53,510 nt of DNA, filler included, from Sphacelaria rigidula (GCA_964200075.2; 3 parts of 3 records of this genome joined end to end with filler, not necessarily neighbours in it); one strand, 5' to 3'. Shown: positions 11,401-24,216, counted from the whole stretch's first letter. Numbers and translations: made by a program. The notes: generated by a model not told the origin, from the letters alone.

Positions 11401-14372
11401 CGTCTCATTTCTTGCGTGTGAAGTGTGTAACGAGTAGTCGAGAATACGTGGGTGACTGTGTGAGATGTCATCAAGCTCATCAGCACCTCCATCATGAGAG
11501 ATCTCTTCGCCGATACTTTGAGACAACAAGCACAGCGACGAGTATCCGACTAGAACTGGGCTGCAACGCTTATGCCAGATCCAATCCCCGATGATTTTTG
11601 TTTCCGGTTCCCGGTTTACTGAAAACGGTGCTGGCGATAATTTTTCGTATTTTGGCCTCAAAAGAATCAGGAACATGCCCTAAATGGCCTTGGAAATTTG
11701 CCCTACCCGCACTGGGGCCAAAAAAACAATTTCGCTTTTGAAGTGCACTAGCTCGTTTGTGTTTGCCGTGATCATCTTTTCCAAATGGAAGAATATTGTC
11801 CTGGATTTGAAGAGACGTGGGTGGCGGCACGAGATGCTTGGAATTACAGGTGACCTCGTGATCTGGCCTTGTGACCTTCGTACCTTGGATCTCCTGTACG
11901 GGTCGGGCCACCGGGCCTCATTGTGTTACACATGAAGATGCACGCACATGCCACTTTCAAGACCAGCGAGTCGACAGTTTGCAACGACCTCGTACGCGAC
12001 CTGCAACTTTGTGCTTCAAGAAGGAACATTTCATATTCTTACAATCCGTTCGGGGACCCTGGGTTGCGCCCGGGTTCTGTCCGTCTTTGCCCGAGAGCCT
12101 TGGTATTCTTGCGCTGCGAAGCTCTCGTCAGGAACACCTTCTCCCGAGGTGTTCATCCTTGCGCGTACAACAAGGGAGCATGTGAACTTCGAAATTGCGG
12201 GTATGAAAAACGAGCGAAATTGATGATCTCGGATAGTAGACCGGGTGATGCCCCGACCGTCACTTTTGAAGAAAGATATGAAATCAGAGTAAAATTTCTG
12301 TCGATTAGATGCTTCAGCAGCAGCGAACTTCGATCGGGGACGTATCTTGGATTCTTACAAGTACCTCGATTTATAACAGTTCATATGTTCGACATGACCG
12401 TACTGGTGGCGATCTGCGGAAGAAAGCCTCGTACAGTCTGGTCCGCGTAAGAAGCCCGTTCTAACTGACTGTTTATCGTGAGTTGTGTCTACTACGTCAC
12501 ATGGTGATGATCAGCACTGCGATCCGACAAGTTCTCATGGAACAGTATACACAATATTTTCAAGTGCGTAAGTGTAGGGAGTCGAGGGTACTATGTGCGG
12601 CATAATGAGCAAAAAAGAAAGGACCGACTGGATTTTTGGTTATAGTCAATGCTGTGCTGCGTGGTGCCGCTCAAGTTGTCGCACACTTCCCGACCTCATC
12701 ATGTGGTGATTCCTGATGAAAGGTTGATATGATGCACAAAACGCATGTGTAAACACCCCCTTCTTCCTTCCATGTGTGTGTTCTTTCGCGAGTCATCGGG
12801 GACGGAACATTTCACACCAGTTCTCACGTGACAAAATTTACGAAAACTGTTCTAAAGAAAAAAAATGAGGGGGAAGGTTCCGTATGTGCCCTTACATCCT
12901 GTACACATCGTGTCGAAGTTTCATCGAAAGCGGGTCGAAATTAAACAGCATGAGTGAGCTTGAACCATGCGGAACTGGACCACCTTGATATACTGAAGTA
13001 ATCCGTTGTCAACAAAATGACGCATATACTTCGCTCAATTTGAATATTTTCGATGAAGTTTTGAAACAATATACATGTAGTGTGTGCGAACACACAACCA
13101 TTCCTCCTGTGTTTTTCACTTGTTCGTGAGCTCCGGGCGATGGAGAATTTCACGTTGTTTTCTTCGAAACCGTGTTTCAAAAACTCACGGGGCAGAAGAA
13201 ACCACACGCATACGTCTTGTACATCGTATCAAAACCTCATCGGAAACGGCAAAAATTTGTGCGATGAATATGCGTTCCAACATTCCTGGTGGCTTCTTGG
13301 GCGGCCCAGCTCGTACACGGCACAAGAAGATTTATGTACAAAAAACGTTAGAAATATTGCGCTGTCGCGCTATGTAGAATTCCGGGTAAAAGATGAAGAT
13401 ATTTGCATGAAACAATTCAGGGCGACACTGTAATTTCCCCTGGCGACAATTTTGTTTTGGCCAGACAAGTCAAAACACGGATGTTCGGTGAAAAACGGTC
13501 AAGTGTTCAATTTTCCACCCTGCTTCTCGATCGCTTGACGGTTTTCATTTAGAATTCGTGTTTGACCAAGAATGAACGTGCGGCTAGTAGGGGATTTCAA
13601 GTTGCTCTGAAATATCTCAATGAGGAGAGCAAGTCGTTCCAAGGCGTCAACATATGCTCAGCCCTGTTCGAGCGTAAAACGACGGAAAATAGTTTTTGAT
13701 GGGAATTTCAAACAACTCTCATTTGATTCGGTCTCGAAAATCGTCTCTTTCGCACTCGCACCAGCCGGTAGCACGACTCCACAGGACCTGCGTTCCCATC
13801 GCAATCGCATCGCAATTGTATTAGGTTATTTGTTGTCGAACAAAGAATAGACCGCCTCTGACCGACTCTCATGGAAGCCGGTCAAATCTCATAAGGAGAA
13901 TTATACTCATGCGATCATCATGAGACAAGATTATCGAAATTTCAGAGAAGAGCTCAAATTCGGGGGACGATTCCAGACCCGTGAGAACCTCCTCGAAAGT
14001 CGGCACCAAGAGCAAAGTAGAGCACGTGATTTTTTGTTGTGTGCCAGCACACGCGGACGGCCGTTATATGTGCTGCTCCAGTCGCTGCACATTCGTGTAT
14101 GTGGACCTTAGCCGCTGTCCCACTACTGTGTCGAGAATATCTGCAGTTGGTAGGCAGTACTGTCTCGTCGAAGCTGGAAATAAAATGCTGTTGATGCGAG
14201 TCCTGGAGATGTCACATGACTGTTCATCTGGGCACAGCTGGCTTCCATCGCTACCAGTATTAACGCTGGCATTGATCCCATCAACAGTGGTAGCCACGCG
14301 TTTGAGACACACTCGACTTGCACAGCTCCCATGGGGGAATGCGCACAGCCACATCTCCCAGCACTTCGCCGA

Positions 14373-14635
14373 GTGAGCAAGCATGGACCCATCGGTGGCT
14401 AGTACGAACTAGCGCTTTTCAGCGCGGTGGCTACCACGCGTGACGTGAGTAAACGTTGCGCAATTCTCGATACGCGGACCGTCTCTCGCAAGAGGAGAGC
14501 AGCAAAAGTAGCAGCATTGACACCGCCTGACTTAGACCCACCCCCAGCTGTACATATCTTGAAGTTGTGTACATGATGCTGCTGCTGCTTTTTCTCTCTC
14601 TCTTTCTCGTGCGGTCTGCGTTTCGACCTGCGACA
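14373..14635 (+). repeat. Diverged direct repeat, copy 1
   Basis: Aligns by eye to 16836-17134 (gtgagcaagca..gacc..cggtgg.tag ... gatgctgctgctg ... gcgtttcgac). Confidence 0.75.
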
Positions 14636-14907
14636 AAGTTCATGGTTCGGCGCGTTATTATTCCCCTACTTGAAACCAATGACATGTTCGCGTGTCCTTC
14701 CCGTGCATTTTCGGGACGTATCACTTTTCCACCTGTACAATAAATGCTGACTTTATTTTCATCGAAAGCAATCACAACGCGTGTGAGATACACTCAACGT
14801 GCACAGCCCCCACGAAGAGATAGGCCAGCTAAGTCTTTCGGAACTTGGGGCCTTTTTCATGGACAAATACAGGCCGGGCCAGCCTAGAAGCGGATCTGAA
14901 CTTTGCA

Positions 14908-15178
14908 GGCGAATTCGCAATTTTTTTCTTGGAGTTGAAGAGTGAAATTTGGTACGGACAATCAACAGGGCATGAAGAAGAGCTGTCCGGGGTCACAATG
15001 TGGTTTTTTCTTTTCGTGAGTAATGGGCATTTCACTTGAACCTTGAAACTGATTGTTGCCCTTGCCACGAAGAAAACAATCGCTGGGGCGTCACAGACAG
15101 CTTTTCTTCACGCCCTGTTGATTGTCCATATCATAAAAATATTAATTTACAACTCCAAGACAAAAATTGCGAATCACC
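14908..15178. mobile_element. ~270-bp imperfect palindrome (foldback/MITE)
   Basis: 14908-14988 (ttcgcaatttttttcttggagttg...ggacaatcaacagggcatgaagaagagctgtc) is the reverse complement of 15096-15178; pairing continues inward toward the centre near 15040. Confidence 0.8.
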
Positions 15179-16835
15179 ACTAAAGAAATCTCGGCGGCAA
15201 AAATCCTTAACAGTATTTGGCAGCCGCTTATCGACCCACGTTTGGTGATTGTAGGTTAAAACTTTGTGCGGGACCTTCCTAGGTCGTGATGAACCAAGAG
15301 AAATGGGTAAGGTTGGGTTTTATTACTTTTCTTCACTGATTGAGAGCCTTTTGGTATAGTGAAGATGATTTTTTGACGAGAACGCCCATTTTTGCTACTC
15401 CGCACACCTCTGTCGTTTTCCAAGCCAAAGTCAACATCACAATTCTGGAAATTGAGCTGAGGCGCAGGAGCAACGTTCATTTCTCCTCAAAACCCCCCTG
15501 AAAACACGAATAAAAGAAGTGAAAACGAAATAAAACGGAAAAGCTGTGTTGTTGATTTCATCATGCGCTAGCGGTCCTCCATACCAAATTTCATATCGAA
15601 GCTTTCAATAACTGAGACGCGATATCCAGATGTAGGTTATGTAGTTCCTGTTCTCTTGATATACGGATTCTAATATAGAACCTCATGTGCGCGATTTCTC
15701 GCTACAGATGACGGATTAGGTGAAGGTGAGGGTGTTTATCGTCTCCCCGTGCTCCAGGAAAGATCCATACCAAAATCGTCATCATCCGCTTGATCGATCG
15801 TTCGGGGTTTCATATAGATTTTAGTGGGGACGCTATCTCCGCTAGGTTTAGAAATTACTACACATGGGGTCTACTCGACGGGAAAAAAGTGGCCCAGATT
15901 TTTGGGCAAATGGGGACCTTTTCCTTGATCGGACGATTAAAACGATATGCGGATCACTTTCAGTGCTTGAATACATTTTTAGACTGGCCCAGCTCGTGAA
16001 AGAAATGACAACAGTCTTGAGATTTCGGCAATCGCCCAGTTCTCGTCATGATCTCCCTTTACTGTCGCTCTCGGATATCTTGTTACAGGTGGTGCTGATC
16101 TCGTCGTTTGCTTGTCTTTGCCGGCATGACAAATGACGAAGTCATCCTACCTGCCAGTGTATGGCGTTCATGACTGTGGTGGACATATTTCTCACATATC
16201 TTCAACACGTGGAGGCAGTAGGACAGGCGAAAGCGTGATCGACCGGCTCTCTCGGAATGCTGCACTACCCAGCATGAATATGAATACCCCGTAGGGAGCC
16301 CCGTGCATAGGTCTCAGCATGCTAGCTTTCTCTGGGTTACATGCTCAGAAACACCCGATGAACCACCAGTTATACACCTCTCAAACGGTGCGGTAGCGTA
16401 CCGTCGAAGCAAAACTACAGGCAAGTAGGTAGCAACTGGATTGTTTCTGCTCTTGGCTTTGAAAGTACGGATGTCTGCAAACGACGACCACAGTGCTTGG
16501 CCCCAACAGCTCCAACACCGCTGCCGGGGCATACACCGTCGAAGAAGACAAATACCGCCAACCCGCAGTGCTTTTCACCCCACGACATAGCCCAGAGTGT
16601 CACTAAAGATTCCTGATGATTCTCGCATGCTTGCGAACGCTACGATGTGCGCCAAGGGCAGCTCTGCGGAGTATTGCGCTGCGGTTCGAAATTCTTTGCG
16701 TTCACCAAACGTGAAGGCTTGACAGAAGAATCTAGCTGCTTCATTTTTGGCGAACATCAAGCCTAAGGTACGAAAACGCCTTGAATCTTGGCTATCCCAT
16801 GAAAAACTGAGTCGATAATAACGGCCGTTAGCCAG

Positions 16836-17042
16836 GTGAGCAAGCACGAACCCACCGGTGGGTAGCGCGGACTAGCCCTTTCCAGCACGGTGCATACAAC
16901 GCGCTGGGTGTGTGGGCGTTGACGTACCATCGGAACGCGGACACTTTTCAGCACGAAAAGAAGCGGCGAAAGCAGAAGCATCAGTATCGGCACTGGCTGA
17001 TTCAAACCCATCCCCAGCATTATGTATCCACTCGTAGTCCAG

Positions 17043-17076
<34 letters not shown>

Positions 17077-17134
17077 TGCTCTCTTTCATTTCCGAGCGGG
17101 AGGCGGGAGGCCGTCCGCGTTTCGACTTGAAACA
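16836..17134 (+). repeat. Diverged direct repeat, copy 2, with expanded (CTG)n
   Basis: Counterpart of 14373-14635; about 10 CTG units at 17044-17074 versus about 4 in copy 1. Confidence 0.75.
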
Positions 17135-17779
17135 ATGCCCATACATTCTTGCACATGATCGCTGCCCTGCCTGAGGTCGCTAGTCTATTCGCGTGCAATT
17201 GCCGTCGTCGCACCACTTGTGTTTGCCTAGAGTGGAACCTCGCGTGATTTGTCGCGATAATGAAATTGTGAACCGGCACGTCACAATCACCATGACGAAT
17301 GAGGCTAATTTCCTCTTTTTCGTTCACTTGCCATCTTTTTTTTTGTTGGACACTTTTGTAAAGGTGCACACCTTGTAACGCACGCCAATTTCAATATTGT
17401 ACAACTCCGACTTTCTTTCGCGAGGGTACCTCTGTATTAAAAATCAGGGGAAAAGGAAAAACACGCGTTTCTGACAACAAGCCAGAATCCTTCTCTTGAC
17501 GTGATCGCCACTTTTCATGTAATCATGAGTTTTGATGAACATTTTTCGTCCGCCCGAAATTCTTGGAAAGTCGTGATTTTCTGATAACTTTGGGCCATCG
17601 GAAGTTATGGTGAAGAAGACACCCTTTACAGCGCACTGCAACACCTGTGATGGCCTGGCGGCCATTACTCCTGCTGCCGCAGGTCCTTCGCTCGCCAGTA
17701 GCGCCACCGCCAAGTTGATAGGGGGTTTAAGTGGGAGCATCCCCCACACTGCCTTGAGCCACAGCTCGAGGCGCCTTCC

Positions 17780-17879
17780 NNNNNNNNNNNNNNNNNNNNN
17801 NNNNNNNNNNNNNNNNNNNNNNNTTAATTAATTAANNNNNNNNNNNNNNNNNNNNNNNNNNNNNNNNNNNNNNNNNNNN
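17780..17879. other. Artificial contig-joining linker
   Basis: N-run + TTAATTAATTAA (stops in all frames) + N-run, 100 bp in total. Confidence 0.97.
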
Positions 17880-18761
17880 TTCGTGATGCTTCCCGTGCCC
17901 GTGTGGGCTGGCTTGGCGGTTTGAGGTGGGTGGGGTGTGGTGGTCGTACCCATTTGTTGCTTGCCTTAGTTGTCTGACTATTGACCTTCCGAGACGGGGC
18001 GTGGTCTCATAATAAGAAAAGTTCTGCGCTTTTTCTGTCGCCCTCTGCTCCTCAGCGGTCTCCTTCGCGTCGCGCTGTTGGGGCACAGGAGTCCGCACCT
18101 CGGTCACCTCGACCTCTTTCTGCTCTGCCAGAGTAGTGTAGTGCTCACTGCTGCACTGTCGGTGCACTGTGTTCTGTGCGCTGTACACTGTACAGTTATG
18201 GATTGGACCGTTTGGCGTGTGACGTTGTGGTGGGAGCCGCTGTTTGAAGTAAAAAAATGACACACTTGTTTTTAATCAATTTCACATGAACATAGAGTAG
18301 CTCACATACAGAACCAAAACCGGTATCAGACCCGCAACAAAGTTTTAAAACAGAAATTACGAACACAAACGCCACGACTCCACGAACCATGCCACATGAA
18401 GCACCCGTGGGCAGGTACTAGCTGCTGACCATGGGGTGCATAATTCCGTTGGAGTACTATATACGCCAAGTAATGCGTAAAATTTATCTTTCATGCCTTT
18501 GTTATGCTGAAATCTCCAAAAATATATGTTTTTAAAGAACGCATATGCTTATGCGCAAAACGCCGTTTTATGCAAAATTATGCGCGCGCATAAGAAGCAA
18601 AAGCCTACATGTTTTCGAGGCATGCATGCACGTGGTAATACATGTTGGGACAAGTCTCAGCCAAGCTTCGAGCGGAATCATCAAATTCAGAATTCTCCTC
18701 ACAGTGATTGGTTGTGGTGAATCTTTTATGACGTCGGGATCATCGTACTGTCCTCGGACAG

Positions 18762-19278
18762 GTTCACCCTGCCAGGAGATGCCGTGGTGGGTATCGGGGT
18801 GGAGAGCACACAGCTACTGGAGGTCGCTCTCGAGCTTGGTCGTCCCACGGAGCTCTTCCTCCACAACCGCGGTCTCGCGACCGAGGTTGGGGGCCGTATG
18901 GAGAGGGCCTTTCAAAAGGCTTTCATGCCGGGGATGTTCAAGGTAAGCCCCCGAAAAACCAAATACTTGCTCGAGGTATCGCGATCCTTAGTCAGCGTCT
19001 TTGGCCGATGTGCAGGTACCGGATCGGATTTGATTGCTCGCGACTTATATCTGATGTGCCAGATGAAGCTTACACCAATGACCCCGACCTCGCGTGTGCT
19101 CATGCGTCACCTTTGCCGGCAGTATGATATCAGCGGCGAGGTGTACGTGGGGCCGACACGTCTCCCATCCGCGCTGCCCACGGACACTACGCCGGGAGGA
19201 TTGCTGGTTCGGGGTCCCGGAGAAACGACCGAAAAGATCATGACGGGTGCCGCACAGACTTTCGGCTACAAGCTGGAG
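18762..19278 (+). CDS. Internal exon of an unannotated gene; start resembles the C-terminal SAM-binding segment of beta-class N6A/N4C DNA methyltransferases (degenerate)
   Basis: cag|G acceptor at 18761/2, open frame, GAG|gtaaga donor at 19278/9. Translation begins (R)FTLPGDAVVGIGVESTQLLEVALELGR...GGRM, cf. TxPGDxVLDPFxGSGTTxxAAxELGRxxxxxE...RL. Confidence 0.7.
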
Positions 19279-19402
19279 GTAAGAACAGCGCTGCATGGCA
19301 GGCGATAGAGGCACTGTAACCCCGCAGTCCTCTTTTTCCTCGCTTTTTACCGCCGTTTGCATCCTGATATGTACGCGAGTGTCTCATAATTTGAAGGAAT
19401 GT

Positions 19403-19899
19403 CAGGGGTGCACGAAAACAAAAATCCCGCACACCTATGTACCCCCCCGGAGGACCAAAACAAATGTCTGCCCCCTTATGTTATTCCCCCCAAGTTTACC
19501 GTTTTTTTCGCCTGTATGTAGTTCCCATTACACCTCAAACACGTGCCAAATACGACTCGTACTCGTCGGGAACACCAGCGTGCTGTTGAGGGGTGATTGG
19601 CTTGGCTTGCCCTGACGGTAGTTGTAGTCGGAGACAATCCTCGAACATGACCACTCCCGGCGGGAACCTTGGACAAAAGTAATGCTAATCCCCCTCTTAT
19701 CAAGGGGGGTACCCCCCCCCCCCCTAACGCTTCGTCATGTTATATGGGATTTAGTATAGCATCGGTTTATATGGGAGTTTGTATAGCCTTTTGGGGGGAG
19801 GATCGTGGTCCAGTACCCTACCTCCCCTCCCCTCCCCTGAGAGATCCAAGATAAAAAATGGGACATAGGTGTGCGGGATTTTGTTTTCGTGCACCCTTG
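19403..19899. mobile_element. MITE (~500 bp, hAT-like CAGGG termini) in an intron
   Basis: ~37-bp TIRs: caggggtgcacgaaaacaaaaatcccgcacacctatgt / acataggtgtgcgggattttgttttcgtgcacccttg. No clean TSD. Confidence 0.9.
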
Positions 19900-20203
19900 G
19901 AGATGTAGTGTTCTGTTTTTACTGCGTAGTATCGAATTTTTTTTCCTCTCGCTTTACCGTACTTTGTGAAAAAAAAAATATATATTTCAGTTCCATTTCT
20001 GAGCGGGTGCACATCGCGATGTCCGGGGGACGTGTGGTTCCGGGAACAACTACACATCGTGGTTTTGAGACCCTTGTCTGAGCGCTGATTCCAACCACCG
20101 CCCCTCCTCCGTATCTCGAACTGAATTTTTCATGTTCGTTGCCGCCGGCCGTCTCTGTCGTGTCCACTGTTGATTTCCGTCGCAGCGTTCGACGTTCAAT
20201 CAG

Positions 20204-20881
20204 ATGAACGAGCTGTTCCTCATCACGAAGCCCGGCCAGCAGATTGTGTGCCCAGGAATTCCCTTGTGGGGAAAGTACAGGGTATACAACACGCCCAGAG
20301 AGGCTGTAGATTCGATACCTCAAAAAGTCCTCGATCAGCAATGTATCCGCCTTGTATTGGTCGCATCCAACAGACAACTAAGGCGCCTCGTGGAACCTGG
20401 CAGGGAAGCCTACCAGCCGGAAGCAGCCCTGTATTTGGAGGTGTCAGACACCTGCCCATTCTACCATTTGGGATGGGAAACGGGCGGGAAGGAGGTTGTG
20501 ATGGGGATAGGGTCGAAAATACCGCACAACGACCCCAGAGACTCGTACATTTCCGCTGCGATAGGCAGCGCAGATGGCACGCAGCACGCTGTAATAGCCA
20601 GTGTGCAAGAGAGTCGAGAGAGGAATGGGAGGCTCAGCGCGAAGCAGCCCATCGCGGTCACTCCCGGGGATCTGGTCGTAGGTGGGCCGGGATTTGAGCA
20701 AAGGTGGCTGAGGGTCAGACGCGACACAGGTCGAGAGGAGTTGGAAGAAGAAATAGCCCCCGATGATGACCATGACGACTGTGATATTGGAAGTGGTGGC
20801 GATGGCGACGATGTTGATGATTGCAATAGCATTAGTGATGACGCTGGAGTCTCGAGTTGCAGTGGCGCAGTTGGAGAGTGA
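20204..20881 (+). CDS. Terminal exon of the same gene (possible degenerate SET-like region, acidic tail)
   Basis: cag acceptor at 20203 (alternative in-frame cag at 20185) is phase-0 compatible with the donor at 19278; 225-codon open frame ending in a D/E-rich tail and TGA. Confidence 0.75.
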   Translation: MNELFLITKPGQQIVCPGIPLWGKYRVYNTPREAVDSIPQKVLDQQCIRLVLVASNRQLRRLVEPGREAYQPEAALYLEVSDTCPFYHLGWETGGKEVVMGIGSKIPHNDPRDSYISAAIGSADGTQHAVIASVQESRERNGRLSAKQPIAVTPGDLVVGGPGFEQRWLRVRRDTGREELEEEIAPDDDHDDCDIGSGGDGDDVDDCNSISDDAGVSSCSGAVGE

Positions 20882-21048
20882 AAACAATAGGTTCACATAC
20901 AGTTCGGGATGTGGACGCGAACGTACACTTCAGGGCGGGGTCGAGATTCTGTCATGTAGCATGGATGGGGTGTTGCGATGGGGTGTATGACGGGACCATA
21001 CGAAGCGATTTTGGGGTGGATGCAAACGATTTTTCTTTCGACTGAGAC

Positions 21049-21298
21049 GACCCTTTCTACGATAGCCCCCCCCCCAAAACCAACCCAGAAGTGTTACGAA
21101 AAAAATGATCGTACAGCGCCTGATGTTTGAGTTCAGGCTGTATGAAGCGCCTCATATGGGCGACATTAGCGAGAACGAACCCAAGCGTGGGAATTCCCAG
21201 TTGCTCGTCGTGCGGGGTTTCTCCCACTTCGATTTATGCGAAGATTTTGCCTTCAAAAACCAGGCCCTTTTTTGAGGGGGACTATCGTAGAAAGTGTC
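21049..21298. mobile_element. 250-bp MITE with ~25-bp TIRs and 4-bp TSD (AGAC)
   Basis: gaccctttctacgatagcccccc ... gagggggactatcgtagaaagtgtc; AGAC lies immediately on both sides (21045-21048, 21299-21302). Confidence 0.85.
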
Positions 21299-22180
21299 AG
21301 ACATTGCTGCATCATATATGCTCGAACCGGATTGGAAAGCTCGACGGGTATTTGCAGTACGGTGGATTCGTGCAATAAATTATTCAAGTTGTGCATCGAC
21401 CGTCAAAGAAGAAGTTTAATGGTGCTTTTCTATGTGCCCTTCTTCAGGACAGTGGACGCCCAATCATCCCCTCGGCACATCACTGCATTGGCAGTGATAT
21501 CCTCCCATCACGTCACTGACGAGCAACTTGACGCCAGAGATTTTCGTCTGGACACGGGCCTCGAGACAAACAATAGTGAGAACATCGTCGACAATCAAAC
21601 AAACTCATTTGCACGGACAAATCGTTGTTATGGTCCGTCGCCCACAGCAAAGCAGGGATGGGCGGCACGTACAACCACGGACGCACTCGCTACTCCTCCC
21701 CAAAATTGCACATAAGCGCTCTCGTGCGGTACTCCTGAGGGCGTTTTGTCATTCAACGGCTGGGTTCTTCGAACCTCATTTTCATGATGAACCTGATTTT
21801 TTAGGATTCCCTGTTAAGTGGCGAATATTGCTTTCAGAGGTCGTTTGGGGTTTGCTTGCCTTCTTCTTCTGAGCGGAGGGGTCACCGGCTGTCGCCTATC
21901 CACTTGTTCGAGTGTCTCATCCTCGAGCGACTTGAGGTGTCAGGACCCGCAGTCTGATCACTTCATAGTCTTCTTTACAGGGTCATTATTTACCCTTTAA
22001 CATTTGACCTCCTGCCGAATATGCTGCTTCAAACCTACTCTCACGCAAGACCTTTCTGGTCAGCGCTCGACGGCGTGGGTCGCAAGTGCAACGGCAAGTG
22101 GCTAATTATAGAACACCCTCGTTTCCAGTGAAAATGTATCTCGCCTGAGCTTAGGATGACCTCCCCACATGGGAATTTTC

Positions 22181-22181
<1 letters not shown>

Positions 22182-22232
<51 letters not shown>
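22182..22232 (+). repeat. (CA)n microsatellite, possibly a retroposon tail
   Basis: About 25 perfect CA units. Confidence 0.95.
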
Positions 22233-22233
<1 letters not shown>

Positions 22234-22901
22234 CTGCTGAGCACGCGACCAGTTGTACACCAGAAAAGCTCAGATTACAGAATGGCAGCCCCCATATGGG
22301 TCATGCCAGACACAGACGCCAGAGGTATTTTTGTGTACTCCGCATGCCAAGAAGGCCTCCACGAGTGTTACATCTCTCATACCTCCCCCCCAGTTGGAGT
22401 GTGGCGGTAGACTCTTGTCTTTGTGCAAAGGTCGGATAAAATCAACGATGACAAAAGCACCCCCAAAGATGCGTTTGGATCTTGGCGTAACCGTCCTTGC
22501 TCGTGTATGTGTGTGTGAGAGAACAGTAGCGGTGGCGGGAACGTTGCCCTGCTTTTTGGACGACGTATTGTGCAGCGCACAGAGACACGACCTGCTCAAA
22601 AAGAGGGATATAATAGAACCCATCTTTACATTGGTCAGCACCACAGACAAGATATGATTATCCTCGGCAACCCGATCTTGTGTGGGGGGCTGTGCTACAA
22701 TAACCCGCCTGCGGACACATGCCGAATTGGGTATGTGCTGGTAACATGGTGCCAACCTCTCCAGCGATTGGGAATCGCAGAGCAAAACACACCAAGGTCA
22801 CTGGCGAGGAGCATCCTCTCCGCCTTTGCTCCTCCGATGGTATCGTCATCGTCACGCGTGTACACCGCATTCATTCGGTGCACCTAGCCGTACCTGCTTA
22901 A

Positions 22902-23003
22902 CCCTTTGACCGCGAGGGTAGGTCACGTGCTGAATCGGCATCAATGTTTACTTTTAAAAAGTGTGCGTGATGCAGATGGACTCCCCGCATCGCGGTCTAA
23001 GGG
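22902..23003. mobile_element. 102-bp piggyBac-type MITE
   Basis: TTAA|CCCTTTGACCGCGA ... TCGCGGTCTAAGGG|TTAA: CCC/GGG termini, 13/14-bp TIR and TTAA TSD. Confidence 0.92.
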
Positions 23004-24216
23004 TTAAGTACAGCAGAAACATGTTTTGCGCTATTGCGATCCTTTGGCAATACTGCTTCGCACAAAACCTGGACTTTTGAAACGTCACTTGGACCCCATT
23101 TTAGTGTTGAACCTCGAGCAATGCTACGGTACGGGTGCGCTTTGTTCGCGAAATCTTCTCTGGTTCAGGGGCTCCTAGCGATTCTATATGCACAAGAATA
23201 TGGATCAGTGCATTCCCGTTTGCAAATTTATTCCGGACAACCCTAGCATATTGGAATAGTAATCCTGCGGTACTCTCACATATTTCGTAAGTCGTGTTTT
23301 GTATTAGATAAAGGGCTCCTAACAGCTCTAACCCCAGAAAACAGTTGTGCATCCCTACCGTAGCATCACTCCCTCATTTCTCAGAATCCTCTGTTGGCAC
23401 CAGAATATCGAGCTTGTTTTAATGCGTAACAAAGATATCGTGTGCCCCAATATTCTAATAATAGTTCGAGAGTCAGCATTAGAGCCAACATGTTCGTGAG
23501 ATCAGGAACGAATCCTCGTTTTCAGAAAGGATTCGAAATCGAAACGTCGCGTATGGCCACCGATGAATTTCAGGCACGTAACCTCGTGTCGGCGAAGACT
23601 TTGGTTGAAAACTTGTGCTTTTAATCGTTGAAAGCTTGTAAACAGAAGAGGGGGAAAAGGGTGTGATCCAACGGCGATTAGGATTGTAAGCGGTGCCAAA
23701 CCAGGAGAGAAAAGACAGTGACATTATCTATTTTGTATCTCACACCAGAGGCCTCTGTGTGCTGTCATCAGTCAGCATTGGGGCATGGGGCATCAGAAGC
23801 AGTTTGCCAGCAGAACATCTTCTGTAAAACCAGAACTGCACGGGGGCCCTACAGGTACATGTGCCCCACATCATCCTTACCCCCCTGCAGCATTCACAAT
23901 GACCTGCAGGGGTCGGGATCTTCATGTCCGATCGTCTGATGCAAAAGCACTACAGTCGTTGTGTAGTACCGCGAGGTAAAGCAAGAGTACATGCCAGGAG
24001 CTGTCCGGTGATTTTTCACTGAGACAATCTCGCGCAGAAGGAAGGGCGTGTGGTAGTCCAGATCGGAGTCGTGCTTGGGCGAAGGCTGGAGTCGGGTGTA
24101 GGAATTCGGAACACTTGTTCCCAGTTATTACCATGGGGCACGACTACACTCTAAATACTTGCTAGATTAGTCGAAAAGATCTTGAATATGTCGATTCGAT
24201 TCTTTGTGGTAGAGCT

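Noticed and set aside
16872-17369. Poly-Q, poly-S and poly-A ORFs
   Set aside because: They are translations of a (CTG)n tract inside a non-coding dispersed repeat.
17824-17835. TTAATTAATTAA motif occurring twice in the window
   Set aside because: It is an artificial all-frame-stop linker embedded in Ns.
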